Below are positions 1 through 9,130 of a stretch of 20,000 nucleotides of DNA, piece by piece. The notes beneath the pieces were generated by a model. That model saw only the letters and a list, made by a program, of their open reading frames with translations. It was not told the DNA's origin and searched no databases. This DNA comes from a bacterium. Lineage in GTDB: Bacteria > J088 > JAWLBW01. Both the position numbers and the translations under genes were made by a program. Numbering within the stretch: position 1 is the first letter of the stretch; each line of letters opens with the position of its first letter. The stretch spans positions 121,121 to 141,120 of the forward strand of contig JAWLHK010000011.1 of NCBI GenBank assembly GCA_041690355.1. The letters run 5' to 3'.

Positions 1-1746
1 GCGGAAGAAGTCGGACCCGCCGCCTACGAAATTCGTATACGAGATGTCTTCGTAGCGGTAGGTCGTGTAGAGCCGGGTGTTCAGAAAGATGAGGTAGCCG
101 GCGTTGATGCGGCCGCCGACACTCTCCTGCGTGTACTCGAGGTACTGCCGGCTGCTGTTGAAGACGTCGACCCCCAGGCTCCAGTTGCTGTCGAGAAAGT
201 GCGGGTCGGTGTAGCTGATCGTATAGTATTGCCGGCGCGCGCCGAACTCGGCGTTCGCGTTGAGGCGGATGCCGTAGCCGAGCAGGTTGCCGAAGCTGAC
301 CTGGCCGATGCCGAGGAACTTGTCGAGCGAGTTGAACCCGACGCCCACGCTGAGCGTGCCGGTCGAGCGCTCCTTGACCTCGATGATGACGTCGATCTTG
401 TCTCCGGTCGTACCCGCCGGTTCGGTCGAGAAGTTGACCTCTTCGAAGAAGCCGAGCGCAAAGACCCGCTCGCGGCTGCGGCGCAGCTGAGTACCGTCGA
501 AGAGCTGCCCCTCGACCACCAGCAGCTCGCGGCGGATGACCTTGTCGCGCGTCTTCGTGTTGCCGCGGATGCGGATCTGGTTGATGTAGGTCAGGTTGCC
601 CTTGTCGACGTCGAAGGTCAGATCGACGATGCGGCTCGCGTCGTCGATGTCGGTGAGCGGCGCAACCGAGACGAATGCATAGCCGACGTCCTGGTACTGT
701 TCGCTGACCCCCTGCACGTCGGCGCCGAGCCTCTCGCGGCTGAAGGGTAGCCCCGGCTGGGTCTGAAACGCCCGGCGCATCTTGCCCTCGTCGAAGATGA
801 GCTCGCCCTGGAGCTTGACGTCGCCCACGAAGTACTGCGGACCTTCTTCAATGCGGTAGGTGACGCTGACCGATTTGCGATCGGGCGACAGGTAGGCGCT
901 CGGCGGCGCGACGCGAATCTTGATGTAGCCGTGGTTCAGGTAGAAATTGGTGAGCATCTCGACGTCGCGGGCGAGGCTCCCCTCTTTGAAAACTCCCGAG
1001 TCGGTCAGAAAGCTGAAGAGGCCGTCTTCTTTCGTCTCGATGATTTCGGCGAGCCGCTCGCTTGAGAAGACGTCGTTGCCGATGAAGGTAATCCGGTTGA
1101 CGGAGACCTTGAGGTTTTCTTCGATGCGGAAGTGGACCGAGACCTCGTGGTTCGGCAGCCGCGTCGTCTCGGCGTAGACCTGCGTGAAGTTGTATCCCTT
1201 CTCGACGTACAGGTCCTTGATCCGATCCGACACCCGGCGCAGGCGGTTCATGTCGAGCATGGACCGCAGCGGCACGTCGATGACTTCCTGAATCTTCTCG
1301 TCTTCGATCTCGTGGTTGCCCGAGAAGGTAACCGAGCGCACGATCGGGCGCTCTTCGAAGCTATAGACCAGGCGCACGGCCCCTTCGCCGGCGGGCTCGG
1401 TGGTCACGCGCACATCTTCAAAGTACCCCAGGCCGTAGAGCCGGCGGATGTCTTCGGCGATCAGATCGCGCTGCAGCGGCACACCGTTGCCCTGCTGTAG
1501 ATTGAGCCGCACCGTGTCTTCTTCGATGCGCTGCAGCCCTTCGATGCGCACGCCGCGCACGAGAGGCCCCTCGGGTGGCGCACCGTCTTCGGGAACGGGC
1601 TCGATCGGCGCCTCGTCGGTCGGCTTGATCAGGGGAAGGCTGTCAGCCGGCGCCCCGGGCGCAGGCGCGGCCTCTTCGGGGGCCATCTGGGCACGGGCGG
1701 GCGCGCCCGAAACCAGAAGCAGGAGGATGGCGGCGAATACGCGCAT
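1..1746 (-). CDS. bamA: Outer membrane protein assembly factor BamA (3' part runs off window)
   Basis: Manual translation from ATG at 1746 is open to position 1 (582 codons). It shows a signal peptide ([19 protein letters not shown]), POTRA motifs (VRIEGLQRIEEDTVR, DIRRLYGLGYFEDV, FYLNHGYIKIRV, IRIRGNTKTRDKVIRREL, LGFFEEV) and the barrel start VKERSTGTLSVGVGF. The start overlaps the lolD stop (TGATG). Confidence 0.95.
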   Translation of the reverse strand, partial: MRVFAAILLLLVSGAPARAQMAPEEAAPAPGAPADSLPLIKPTDEAPIEPVPEDGAPPEGPLVRGVRIEGLQRIEEDTVRLNLQQGNGVPLQRDLIAEDIRRLYGLGYFEDVRVTTEPAGEGAVRLVYSFEERPIVRSVTFSGNHEIEDEKIQEVIDVPLRSMLDMNRLRRVSDRIKDLYVEKGYNFTQVYAETTRLPNHEVSVHFRIEENLKVSVNRITFIGNDVFSSERLAEIIETKEDGLFSFLTDSGVFKEGSLARDVEMLTNFYLNHGYIKIRVAPPSAYLSPDRKSVSVTYRIEEGPQYFVGDVKLQGELIFDEGKMRRAFQTQPGLPFSRERLGADVQGVSEQYQDVGYAFVSVAPLTDIDDASRIVDLTFDVDKGNLTYINQIRIRGNTKTRDKVIRRELLVVEGQLFDGTQLRRSRERVFALGFFEEVNFSTEPAGTTGDKIDVIIEVKERSTGTLSVGVGFNSLDKFLGIGQVSFGNLLGYGIRLNANAEFGARRQYYTISYTDPHFLDSNWSLGVDVFNSSRQYLEYTQESVGGRINAGYLIFLNTRLYTTYRYEDISYTNFVGGGSDFFR

Positions 1747-2432
1747 CAGCCCAGCTCCTCGTCGATGCGGCCGGCGACCATGCGCACGCAGCGGGTCATC
1801 CGTTCGGCCAGCGCCGGGTTGTGCGTCACGATGATCATCGTCAGGTTGCGCCTTTCATTGAGCTGCACGAGCAGTTCGTGCACCCGATCGGCCGTCTCGA
1901 TATCCAGATTGCCGGTCGGCTCGTCGGCCAGGAGCAGACGCGGGGCCCGCACGAGCGCACGGGCGATGGCCACCCGCTGCTGCTCGCCCCCCGAGAGCTC
2001 GCCCGGCTTGTGGGTCACCCGGTGGCCGAGCCCGACCTCTTCGAGAAGTCCACCGGCGCGCAAGGCCGCCGCCTTTCGACTCTCGCCCCCGATGAGCAAC
2101 GGCATCATGACATTTTCCAGCGCGGTGAACTCGGGCAACAGGTGGTGGAACTGAAAAACGAAGCCGACAGAACGGTTCCGGAAAGAGGCCAGCTCGCGGT
2201 CGGGGGTGCCGGTCAGGCGCTCGTCGCCGAACCAGATGGTGCCGGTGTCGGGAACGTCGAGGGCCCCAAGCACGTGGAGCAGCGTCGACTTGCCCACGCC
2301 CGAGACACCCAGAATGCCCAGCCGCTCGCCCTCGGCGACCGCCAGATCGACGCCGCGCAGGACTTCGACGCGCGAAGCCCCTTCACCGTAGGTTTTATAC
2401 AGCCCCTCGACACGGAGCAGTGGACTGGCCAT
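1746..2432 (-). CDS. lolD: Lipoprotein-releasing ABC transporter ATP-binding protein LolD
   Basis: Walker [10 protein letters not shown], LolD-type [19 protein letters not shown], signature [23 protein letters not shown]. Adjacent to bamA. Confidence 0.88.
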   Translation of the reverse strand: MASPLLRVEGLYKTYGEGASRVEVLRGVDLAVAEGERLGILGVSGVGKSTLLHVLGALDVPDTGTIWFGDERLTGTPDRELASFRNRSVGFVFQFHHLLPEFTALENVMMPLLIGGESRKAAALRAGGLLEEVGLGHRVTHKPGELSGGEQQRVAIARALVRAPRLLLADEPTGNLDIETADRVHELLVQLNERRNLTMIIVTHNPALAERMTRCVRMVAGRIDEELG

Positions 2433-2554
2433 GGGCGCGGCAGATTCTCTCCGGAGGCGAGTCCGGCGTACGGGACGAACCGACGGCCGACAGCTTCAGG
2501 ACCGGTCGCATCCCGACCCGTCGGCCACGGCGCGACGAAAGAGTAAAAGCTTAA

Positions 2555-2583
2555 TAAGTACCAGAAGATACGTCATCTGTCAA
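2555..2583 (-). promoter_or_regulatory. Putative sigma70 promoter for lolD-bamA
   Basis: Minus strand TTGACA (2583-2578), 17 nt, TACTTA (2560-2555), in an AT-rich patch. The -10 element is imperfect. Confidence 0.5.
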
Positions 2584-2769
2584 GCGGTCAGAGGGGGTGT
2601 GGCCGCCCACAAAAGGGGCGGGACGAGGCCTGCCGCGAAGGGCGGTGGCCGCACCCGCGCCGTTGCCGCCCTTTCTCCGGCGCGCCCCGGCGCGAAGGCG
2701 AGCCCTCCCCGTCTGGCACCCGCCTTGCCGGACCCGCCGGCCTGTGCCGGCGTAAGCTCCGGTTCTCGC

Positions 2770-2797
2770 TTGAAAAATCGGCGGCGGGTGCTAAAAT
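2770..2797 (+). promoter_or_regulatory. Putative sigma70-type promoter for the FmdB-family gene
   Basis: TTGAAA (2770-2775), 16 nt, TAAAAT (2792-2797), with an extended -10 TG at 2789-2790. Confidence 0.55.
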
Positions 2798-2823
2798 TAG
2801 CACTAAGAACCCGCGAGTGCCAG
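2797..2823. promoter_or_regulatory. CIRCE-like HrcA operator
   Basis: TTAGCACTA-AGAACCCGC(N9)-GAGTGCCAG versus consensus TTAGCACTC-N9-GAGTGCTAA. It abuts the -10 element. Confidence 0.75.
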
Positions 2824-2853
2824 ACTCCCGGGCCTTCCACAAGGAGTGCCGCC

Positions 2854-3117
2854 ATGCCGATTTATGAATATCAGTGCGAGGCCAAAGGCTGCGGGCACGT
2901 GTTTGACGCGCTGCAGAAATTCAGTGACGCGCCGATCTCGGTCTGCCCCAAGTGCAAGAAGAAGAAGGTGAAGAAGCTCGTCTCGGCCTCGGCCTTCGTG
3001 CTCAAGGGGAGCGGCTGGTATCAGACCGACATCGCCCGCAAGGAGAAGGCCCGCAAGGGCGAGAAGACGTCCGACGCCGGCGAGGCCCCGTCGACCAAGG
3101 AGCCGGCCGCCGTCTGA
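2854..3117 (+). CDS. FmdB-family zinc-ribbon protein with low-complexity C-terminal tail (87 aa)
   Basis: MPIYEYQC-EAKG-CGHVF...CPKC...FVLKGSGWYQTD signature. RBS AAGGAG at 2841-2846. The true start is internal to the 2431 ORF. Confidence 0.9.
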   Translation: MPIYEYQCEAKGCGHVFDALQKFSDAPISVCPKCKKKKVKKLVSASAFVLKGSGWYQTDIARKEKARKGEKTSDAGEAPSTKEPAAV

Positions 3118-3158
3118 GCGGAGAGCGCACGTTTCCGGAATTTCCGATTCCGCCCCTC

Positions 3159-3186
3159 GCGCCCGGCAGCCCCGGGCGCTTTTTGT
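3159..3186 (+). terminator. Intrinsic terminator after the FmdB-family gene
   Basis: Stem GCGCCCGG/CCGGGCGC, 5-nt loop, followed by TTTTTGT. Confidence 0.7.
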
Positions 3187-3209
3187 ATCCGCGGATGCCG
3201 GCTGGGGCG

Positions 3210-3611
3210 TCAGTTGGGGAGGGTACCCTGGCGCACGGTGAGCAGCTCGTCGACGCGCCCGCGCAGGGCGGCCAGGCTGAACGGCTTCACGATGTAATCT
3301 TCGGCCTGGGCCAGCCCGCGCCGGATGTCTTCCTGGCCCGCGCGCGCCGACATCATGACGACGGGAATGTCACGCGTGGCCGGATTTTCCTTGAGCAATT
3401 CGCAGAGGCGGAACCCGTCGACCCAGCTCATCATGACGTCGAGCAGGATCAGGTCGGCCCTGAGCAGTCCCACGTCGCGCACCAGGCTGAGCGGCGACAT
3501 GCAGACGCCCACTTCATAGCCGACGGCCTCGAAGAAGGTACGCAACATCTGACAGATGCTCTCATCGTCGTCGACGATAAGAATCCGTGGCTTCCGGGGA
3601 AGCGAGGTCAT
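3210..3611 (-). CDS. Single-domain response regulator (receiver only)
   Basis: ILIVDDD, DLILLDVMM (phospho-Asp), VVMMSA, DYIVKPF. No output domain. Confidence 0.9.
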   Translation of the reverse strand: MTSLPRKPRILIVDDDESICQMLRTFFEAVGYEVGVCMSPLSLVRDVGLLRADLILLDVMMSWVDGFRLCELLKENPATRDIPVVMMSARAGQEDIRRGLAQAEDYIVKPFSLAALRGRVDELLTVRQGTLPN

Positions 3612-3831
3612 ACGACAAAATCCCGTTGTGGCAGGGTATGGAAGAAGTTCCCGGTCGGATGGTAGCGAAGCTGCAACGCGCGGCGGGGAACTCTCTGTTG
3701 CCCCCAGTCTAAAACGATTGCTCGGCCGAAGTCAATCGCGAAACGTGACGCAGCGGTCACGATTTTCTGACGCATTGCGTTTCGAGAAGAATCTGTCCCA
3801 AAAAGCGCAGAACCGGCTTCAAGCGGCGGGC

Positions 3832-4524
3832 TCAGGCGCCCCCGGTCAGATCCTGCAACAACGTATCCATCTGCCGGTTCATGACCGCGAAGCGCGTCGG
3901 AGCCCCCGCGCGGATTTCGGCCTCGTGCTGGACATACCGGCCCGGAATCAGTTCGCCGCGCCCGTTCGCGAGCATGTCTTCGAGCCCCGCCGGGGTCGTC
4001 TCGAGATGAAACTGCAGGCCGACCACCCGGCGACCGAGGCGAAACGCCTGGTTGCGGCAGGCATCGCTCTCGGCCAGGCGCACGGCTCCGGGGGGCAGGT
4101 CGAAGGTTTCGCCGTGCCAGTGAAAGACATCGAGCGTATCGGGGAGACGCCAGCCGCCCGCGGGCGCCGTATCAACGGACCGCACCGGAAACCACCCGAT
4201 CTCCTTCTGCCCGTTCGGGGCGACGCGGGCCCCCAGGGCCGCCGCGATGAGCTGCGCCCCCAGACAGATGCCGAGCACCGCCTTGCCGAGACCGATGGCT
4301 TCGGCGACGAAGCGTTTCTCGGCGGCGAGCCAGGCATGCGCGGCCTCGTCGTTGACGCTCATCGGACCGCCCAGGATGACGAGGAGATCCAGGTGCGCCG
4401 GTTCGGGGAGCGAATCGGATTCGAAGAATGCCGTCCGCGTGACCTGCCAGCCCCCCGCGGTCAGCCACGCGCCGATGCTGCCCGGCCCTTCGTAGGGTAC
4501 ATGCTGCAGGATGTGGGCGTGCAT
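3832..4524 (-). CDS. Class I glutamine amidotransferase-family protein
   Basis: LQHVPYEGPG, GGPMSVND, nucleophile GICLGAQL, WHGETF, QFHLE (Cys-His-Glu triad). ATG at 4524 is preceded by GAAGGGGA. The track's longer start overlaps aroA. Confidence 0.88.
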   Translation of the reverse strand: MHAHILQHVPYEGPGSIGAWLTAGGWQVTRTAFFESDSLPEPAHLDLLVILGGPMSVNDEAAHAWLAAEKRFVAEAIGLGKAVLGICLGAQLIAAALGARVAPNGQKEIGWFPVRSVDTAPAGGWRLPDTLDVFHWHGETFDLPPGAVRLAESDACRNQAFRLGRRVVGLQFHLETTPAGLEDMLANGRGELIPGRYVQHEAEIRAGAPTRFAVMNRQMDTLLQDLTGGA

Positions 4525-4565
4525 GCGAACTTCCCCTTCTGGTGGACGTGAAGACTGGGCCGCCC

Positions 4566-5852
4566 TTACCGGGCCAGACGCCGCAGGTCCTGCGTGAAGC
4601 CCGGATAGGAAATGGCGACCATGTCGAAGTGAGCGATCTTGACCGGCCCCGTGGCGACCTGCGCGGCCACGGCCAGGCTCATGGCCACGCGGTGATCGTG
4701 GTAGCTCTCGCATTCGCCGCCGCGCAGCGGTGCCCCCCCCCGGATGACCATGCCGTCGGTGAGCTCTTCGACGTCGGCGCCGAGCTTGAGCAGCTCGCTC
4801 GTCATCGCGCGGATGCGATCGGTTTCCTTGACGCGCAGCTCCTCGGCTCCCGTGATGCGCGTCTCTCCTTCGGCCTGTGTGGCCGCCACGGCGAGAACGG
4901 GAAACTCATCGATGGCACGCACGACGACGTCGCCCGAAACTTCGACCCCCTTGAGGGCGCTTGCGCGCACTTCGATGTCGGCCACCGGTTCTCCCGCCTG
5001 CTCGCGCAGGTTCACGAGACGGATGTCGCCCCCCATCTGCCGCAGGATGTCGACGATGCCCGTGCGCGTCGGGTTCACCCCCACGCCGCGCAGGACCAGC
5101 TCGCTGCCGGGCACGATGAGCCCGGCGACGAGAAAGAAGGCCGCCGACGAGATGTCGCCGGGCGCCTGCAGGGTCTGTCCGTGCAGGCGCTGGCCGGGCG
5201 AGAGAATGACGGTGTGGCCGTCGATGCGCAGATCGGCGCCCAGAAAGCGCAGCATGCGTTCGGTGTGATCGCGCGAGGGGCCCGGCTCGACCACCGCCGT
5301 GTCGCCCTCGGCCGTCAGCCCCGCGAGAAGCAGCGCGCTCTTGACCTGGGCGCTGGCCACCTTGAGCTCGATGCGGCGGCCCGAAAGCCGGCGGCCCGAG
5401 ATGGCCAGCGGCGCCTTGGTGTCGCCCTGGCGGCCGTGGATGACCGCCCCCATCTGCCGCAGCGGATCGATGACCCGGCGCATGGGCCGGCGGCGAAGAA
5501 ACTCGTCGCCGGTGAGCACGGTAAAGAAGTCCTGGGCGGCGAGCAGGCCGCTCAGAATGCGCATGGTCGTGCCGCTGTTACCGGCGTCGAGCACGTCGTC
5601 GGGCTCGCGCAGGCCGTGCAGGCCCACGCCGTGCACCTCGAGCGTGCGCGCATCGATCTCGTCGACCACGACTCCCATGCCCCGCAGGCACGCGACCGTC
5701 GAGCGGTTGTCGCCGCCGCCCGAGAAGTTCTCGATGCGCGTGCGCCCCTCGGCGATGCCGCCGAGCATGACGGCCCGGTGGCAGATCGACTTGTCGCCGG
5801 GAAAGGAGAGTTCGCCGCGCAGGGGGCCGAGGGCTTCAAAAGTGGTCGACAC
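4566..5852 (-). CDS. aroA: 3-phosphoshikimate 1-carboxyvinyltransferase (EPSP synthase)
   Basis: PGDKSICHRA, DAGNSGTTMR, SAQVKSALLLAGL, RDHTERML, PGDISSAAF, ELRVKETDRI, DHRVAMS. Confidence 0.97.
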   Translation of the reverse strand: MSTTFEALGPLRGELSFPGDKSICHRAVMLGGIAEGRTRIENFSGGGDNRSTVACLRGMGVVVDEIDARTLEVHGVGLHGLREPDDVLDAGNSGTTMRILSGLLAAQDFFTVLTGDEFLRRRPMRRVIDPLRQMGAVIHGRQGDTKAPLAISGRRLSGRRIELKVASAQVKSALLLAGLTAEGDTAVVEPGPSRDHTERMLRFLGADLRIDGHTVILSPGQRLHGQTLQAPGDISSAAFFLVAGLIVPGSELVLRGVGVNPTRTGIVDILRQMGGDIRLVNLREQAGEPVADIEVRASALKGVEVSGDVVVRAIDEFPVLAVAATQAEGETRITGAEELRVKETDRIRAMTSELLKLGADVEELTDGMVIRGGAPLRGGECESYHDHRVAMSLAVAAQVATGPVKIAHFDMVAISYPGFTQDLRRLAR

Positions 5853-5874
5853 GATAGTTCCGCAAGAGAGAAGT

Positions 5875-6750
5875 TCAGGTACGTTCCGGATTGACGACGC
5901 CGTCGCGGGTCGCTTTGGCTCGCGCGAAGTAGGCCTCGAGCCCCGCCGCGTCGCCGGCTTCGACGAGGGCGGTCAAATCGGCCAGCTGCCGCGCGTAGGC
6001 GTGCAGCGCGCGCAGCAGCTCGTCGCGGTTGTCGAGGGCGATGTCGCGCCACATGACCGGGTCGCTCGAAGCGATGCGTGTGAAGTCCTTGAAGCCCCCC
6101 GCGGCGTAGCGCAGGATGGGCAGGCCTGCGTCGTGCTGGAGGCGCGAGACGGTTTCGACCAGGGCAAAGGCCACGGCGTGCGGCAGGTGGCTCACGGCGG
6201 CAAAGACGGCGTCGTGCCGCTGCGGGCTCATGATTTCGACCTCGGCCCCGGCCGCCGTCCACATGGCGCGCACCCGCTCGACGGCCGCGGGGGGCGTCTG
6301 CTCCTCGGGCGTGAGAATCGTGCGGCGCCCGTCGAAGAGTTCCGCAAACGCGGCCCCTGCCCCGCTCTTCTCGGTGCCCGCGATGGGGTGACCGGGAACG
6401 AAAGCGGGACCTTCGCCGCCGTACCGGGCCCGCAGCGCCGCGGCAATATGCGACTTGGTTGACGCGCCGTCGGTCACGACGGCGTCGCGGCGCAGGGCGT
6501 CGTACATTGCTTCAGCCACGCCCACGACCGTCTGGGCCGGGGTGGCGATGAAGACGACGTCTGCGTCGCGAACCCCTTCGCGCGGATCGGAGGTATACCG
6601 GTCTATAATACCGCGCGCCCGGGCAAGTTCGAGATTTTCGGAAGATCGGCCGACCCCCACGATCTCGCGCACGGCCCCCGCCCGGCGCAGGGCGAGGCCG
6701 AGCGAGCCGCCGATGAGACCGACGCCGACGATGGCAAGCCGTTCAATCAT
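5875..6750 (-). CDS. tyrA: Prephenate/arogenate dehydrogenase
   Basis: Rossmann IVGVGLIGGS, GHPIAGTEKSG, HDAVFAAVSHLPH, GGFKDFTRIASSDPVMWRDI. ATGA overlap with hisC. Confidence 0.93.
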   Translation of the reverse strand: MIERLAIVGVGLIGGSLGLALRRAGAVREIVGVGRSSENLELARARGIIDRYTSDPREGVRDADVVFIATPAQTVVGVAEAMYDALRRDAVVTDGASTKSHIAAALRARYGGEGPAFVPGHPIAGTEKSGAGAAFAELFDGRRTILTPEEQTPPAAVERVRAMWTAAGAEVEIMSPQRHDAVFAAVSHLPHAVAFALVETVSRLQHDAGLPILRYAAGGFKDFTRIASSDPVMWRDIALDNRDELLRALHAYARQLADLTALVEAGDAAGLEAYFARAKATRDGVVNPERT

Positions 6751-7844
6751 GCCAGCGTGGGGAGCACGGCTTCGAGCGCGTCGACGAAGCGCCGGTTCTC
6801 TTCGGGCGTTCCCACGTTGATGCGGAAGTACTCGGGGAGCCCGTAGTTGTCGAGCGGCCGCACGATGACGCCGACGCGAAGCAGGCGCTCGTAGATCTGG
6901 CGACCGGGCACGGGGCCCTTGATGAGAAAGAAGTTCGTCACCGTCGGCACGTACGTCAGGCCGAGGCGTTGCAGTTCCGCATACAGATACGCGAGGCCGT
7001 CGCTGTTGTTGCGCCGTGAATGCTCGACGAATTCGTCATCGTCGAGGGCGGCCACGCCCGCAACCTGCGCCAGCGAGTTGACGTTGAACGGCTGGCGCAC
7101 CCGGTTGATGTATCCGACGATCGACGGGTGCGCGACGCCGAAGCCGAGGCGCACGCCCGCCAGCCCGTAAATCTTCGAGAAGGTGCGCAGGACGATCAGG
7201 TTGGCGTGCTCGCGCAGGTAGTCGAGCCCGTTCGGATAGTCGGCCGCCTCGACGAACTCGAGGTAGGCTTCGTCGACGACGACGAGGCAGTCTTCGGGCA
7301 CCCGCGCGAGAAAGGCCTCGAAGGCATCCCGCGCATAGTAGGTTCCGGTCGGGTTGTTCGGATTCGTGAGAAAAATGATTTTCGTGCGCGGCGTGATGGC
7401 CTCGGCGATCGCTTCGAGGTCGAACGTCAGGTCGCGCATGGGGACCTCGGTGATCCGCCCACCCACGGCCTGCGTGATGATCGCGTAGACGGCAAACGAC
7501 GTCCTGCTCGTGAGCACCTCTTCATCGCGGCCGAGAAACGTGCGCAGGATGAGTTCGATGAGTTCGTTCGAGCCGGTGCCCAGCGCGAACCAGTCGTCGG
7601 GAAAGCCGTACTTCTCGGCGAGCTTGCGGCGCAAGTAGAAGCCGCTCCCGTCGGGATACCGGTGCAGGTGCGGCAACGCGGCCTGCATGGCGGCGACCGC
7701 CTTGGGCGAGGGGCCGAGCGGATTCTCGTTGGAAGCGAGCTTGATGGAATTGCGCACGCCCAGTTCGCGCTCCAGCTCCTCAATGGGCTTGCCGGGCGGG
7801 TACGGAATGAGGGATTCGATGTTCGGGGGAACGAGTTTTTTCAC
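6747..7844 (-). CDS. hisC: Histidinol-phosphate/aromatic aminotransferase
   Basis: YPPGKPIEEL, IKLASNENPLGPSP, NPNNPTG, DEAY, RTFSKIYGLAGVRLG (PLP lysine). Confidence 0.94.
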   Translation of the reverse strand: MKKLVPPNIESLIPYPPGKPIEELERELGVRNSIKLASNENPLGPSPKAVAAMQAALPHLHRYPDGSGFYLRRKLAEKYGFPDDWFALGTGSNELIELILRTFLGRDEEVLTSRTSFAVYAIITQAVGGRITEVPMRDLTFDLEAIAEAITPRTKIIFLTNPNNPTGTYYARDAFEAFLARVPEDCLVVVDEAYLEFVEAADYPNGLDYLREHANLIVLRTFSKIYGLAGVRLGFGVAHPSIVGYINRVRQPFNVNSLAQVAGVAALDDDEFVEHSRRNNSDGLAYLYAELQRLGLTYVPTVTNFFLIKGPVPGRQIYERLLRVGVIVRPLDNYGLPEYFRINVGTPEENRRFVDALEAVLPTLA

Positions 7845-7876
7845 GTCAGTCCTTCAACGCAGAAAAGAATGGAACC

Positions 7877-8983
7877 TCAGGCCGCGCGCGGGGCCGGCGC
7901 GGTGGGACGCTGCGCCTTCTCATAGGTTCCCAGCACGCGCAGCTCGACGCAGGCTTCGCGCATCTCGGCGAGCGCGGTCCGGAGCGGTTCTGCCGCCGGG
8001 TCGCCGTCGAGATCCATGAAGAACCGATATTCCCACGGGCGGCGCTTCAGCGGCCGGCTCTCGATCTTGGTCATGTTCACTTCGCGGCGCGCCAGGGGCT
8101 GCAGCACGCGAAACAGGACGCCGGGTTCGTCCTTGAGCGTCACGAGAATGCTCGTCTTCGGGCCGGCCGGCGTCTGCGCAGGCTCGCGGGCGATGACGAA
8201 GAAGCGCGTGACGTTATTCGGAATGTCTTCGATCGATCGCGCAAGGACCTTCAAGCCGTAGACCTCGGCCGCCCCGAGGCTCCCCACCGCGGCGACCCCG
8301 GGCTGTTCGGCGGCCATGCGCGCCGCCTCGGCCGTCGACGAGACCGTTTCGAGCCGTGCGTGCGGCAGGTTGCGCCGCAGCCAGCTGCGGCACTGCGCAA
8401 TGCCCTGCGGATGCGAATAGACGACCTGGACGGCGCCCGAATCGGCCTCGCGCGAGAGCAGGTTCTGGCTCACTTCGAGGTAAATCTCGCCCACGATGGA
8501 CAGATCGGAATCGGGAAACAGGTCGAGCGTAGACGAGACGGCCCCCTCGATCGAGTTCTCGACCGGCACGACGCCGAAGCCGGCATTGCCCCGCTCGACC
8601 TCACGGAAGATTTCGGCGACGTCGGCCTGCGGAAGATAGGTGGCGGCCGACCCGAAGCGGCGCAGGGCCGCAGCGTGGGTGAAGGTGGCCTCGGGGCCGA
8701 GAAAGGCGATCCGGGTCGGCTCTTCGAGCCCGCGGCAGGCGGCGATGATCTCGCGGTAGATCGTCGCCAGGGTCTTCTCGGGAAACGGCCCCTCGCTGGC
8801 GGCAACGACACGGGCCGTGACCTGCCGCTCGCGCTCGGGGTCGTAAACCGCCCGGCCGGTCGACTTCTTGGCCTCGCCGATCGCGAGGGCGGCGCGCGCC
8901 CGCGCATTCAGCCGCTCTACGATCTCGCGATCGAGGCCATCGATTTCGGCACGCAGTCGGTCAATGTCTTCGGCAGACGCCAT
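7877..8983 (-). CDS. pheA: Bifunctional chorismate mutase/prephenate dehydratase (P-protein)
   Basis: AroQ-like LRAEIDGLDREIVERLNAR...YDPERE, PDT motifs FLGPEATFT, PVENSIEG, SHPQ, NVTRF, and ACT domain NMTKIESRP. ATG 8983 chosen; TTG 8995 is also possible. Confidence 0.95.
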   Translation of the reverse strand: MASAEDIDRLRAEIDGLDREIVERLNARARAALAIGEAKKSTGRAVYDPERERQVTARVVAASEGPFPEKTLATIYREIIAACRGLEEPTRIAFLGPEATFTHAAALRRFGSAATYLPQADVAEIFREVERGNAGFGVVPVENSIEGAVSSTLDLFPDSDLSIVGEIYLEVSQNLLSREADSGAVQVVYSHPQGIAQCRSWLRRNLPHARLETVSSTAEAARMAAEQPGVAAVGSLGAAEVYGLKVLARSIEDIPNNVTRFFVIAREPAQTPAGPKTSILVTLKDEPGVLFRVLQPLARREVNMTKIESRPLKRRPWEYRFFMDLDGDPAAEPLRTALAEMREACVELRVLGTYEKAQRPTAPAPRAA

Positions 8984-9130
8984 GATCCTGCTCAAAAGCT
9001 ACAGTTTACTGGAGGGGGGATCGAAAATCCAAACGATCACGGCGGCAGGCGCCTCATCCGCTTCACGGCGCCTGCCCTGAAAACCCGCGCAGACAGGGCC
9101 CGCAGCAGCGAGCAGACGGCGGCCGTGCGC

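Noticed and set aside
2608-2640. Possible minus-strand terminator (CCCGCCCCTTTT)
   Set aside because: The stem is only ~4 bp with a large loop, and there is no upstream gene on that strand to terminate.
2431-2853. Long N-terminal extension of the FmdB-family ORF
   Set aside because: It spans promoters and the CIRCE-like site. The family typically begins MPIYEY, and there is a good RBS before 2854.
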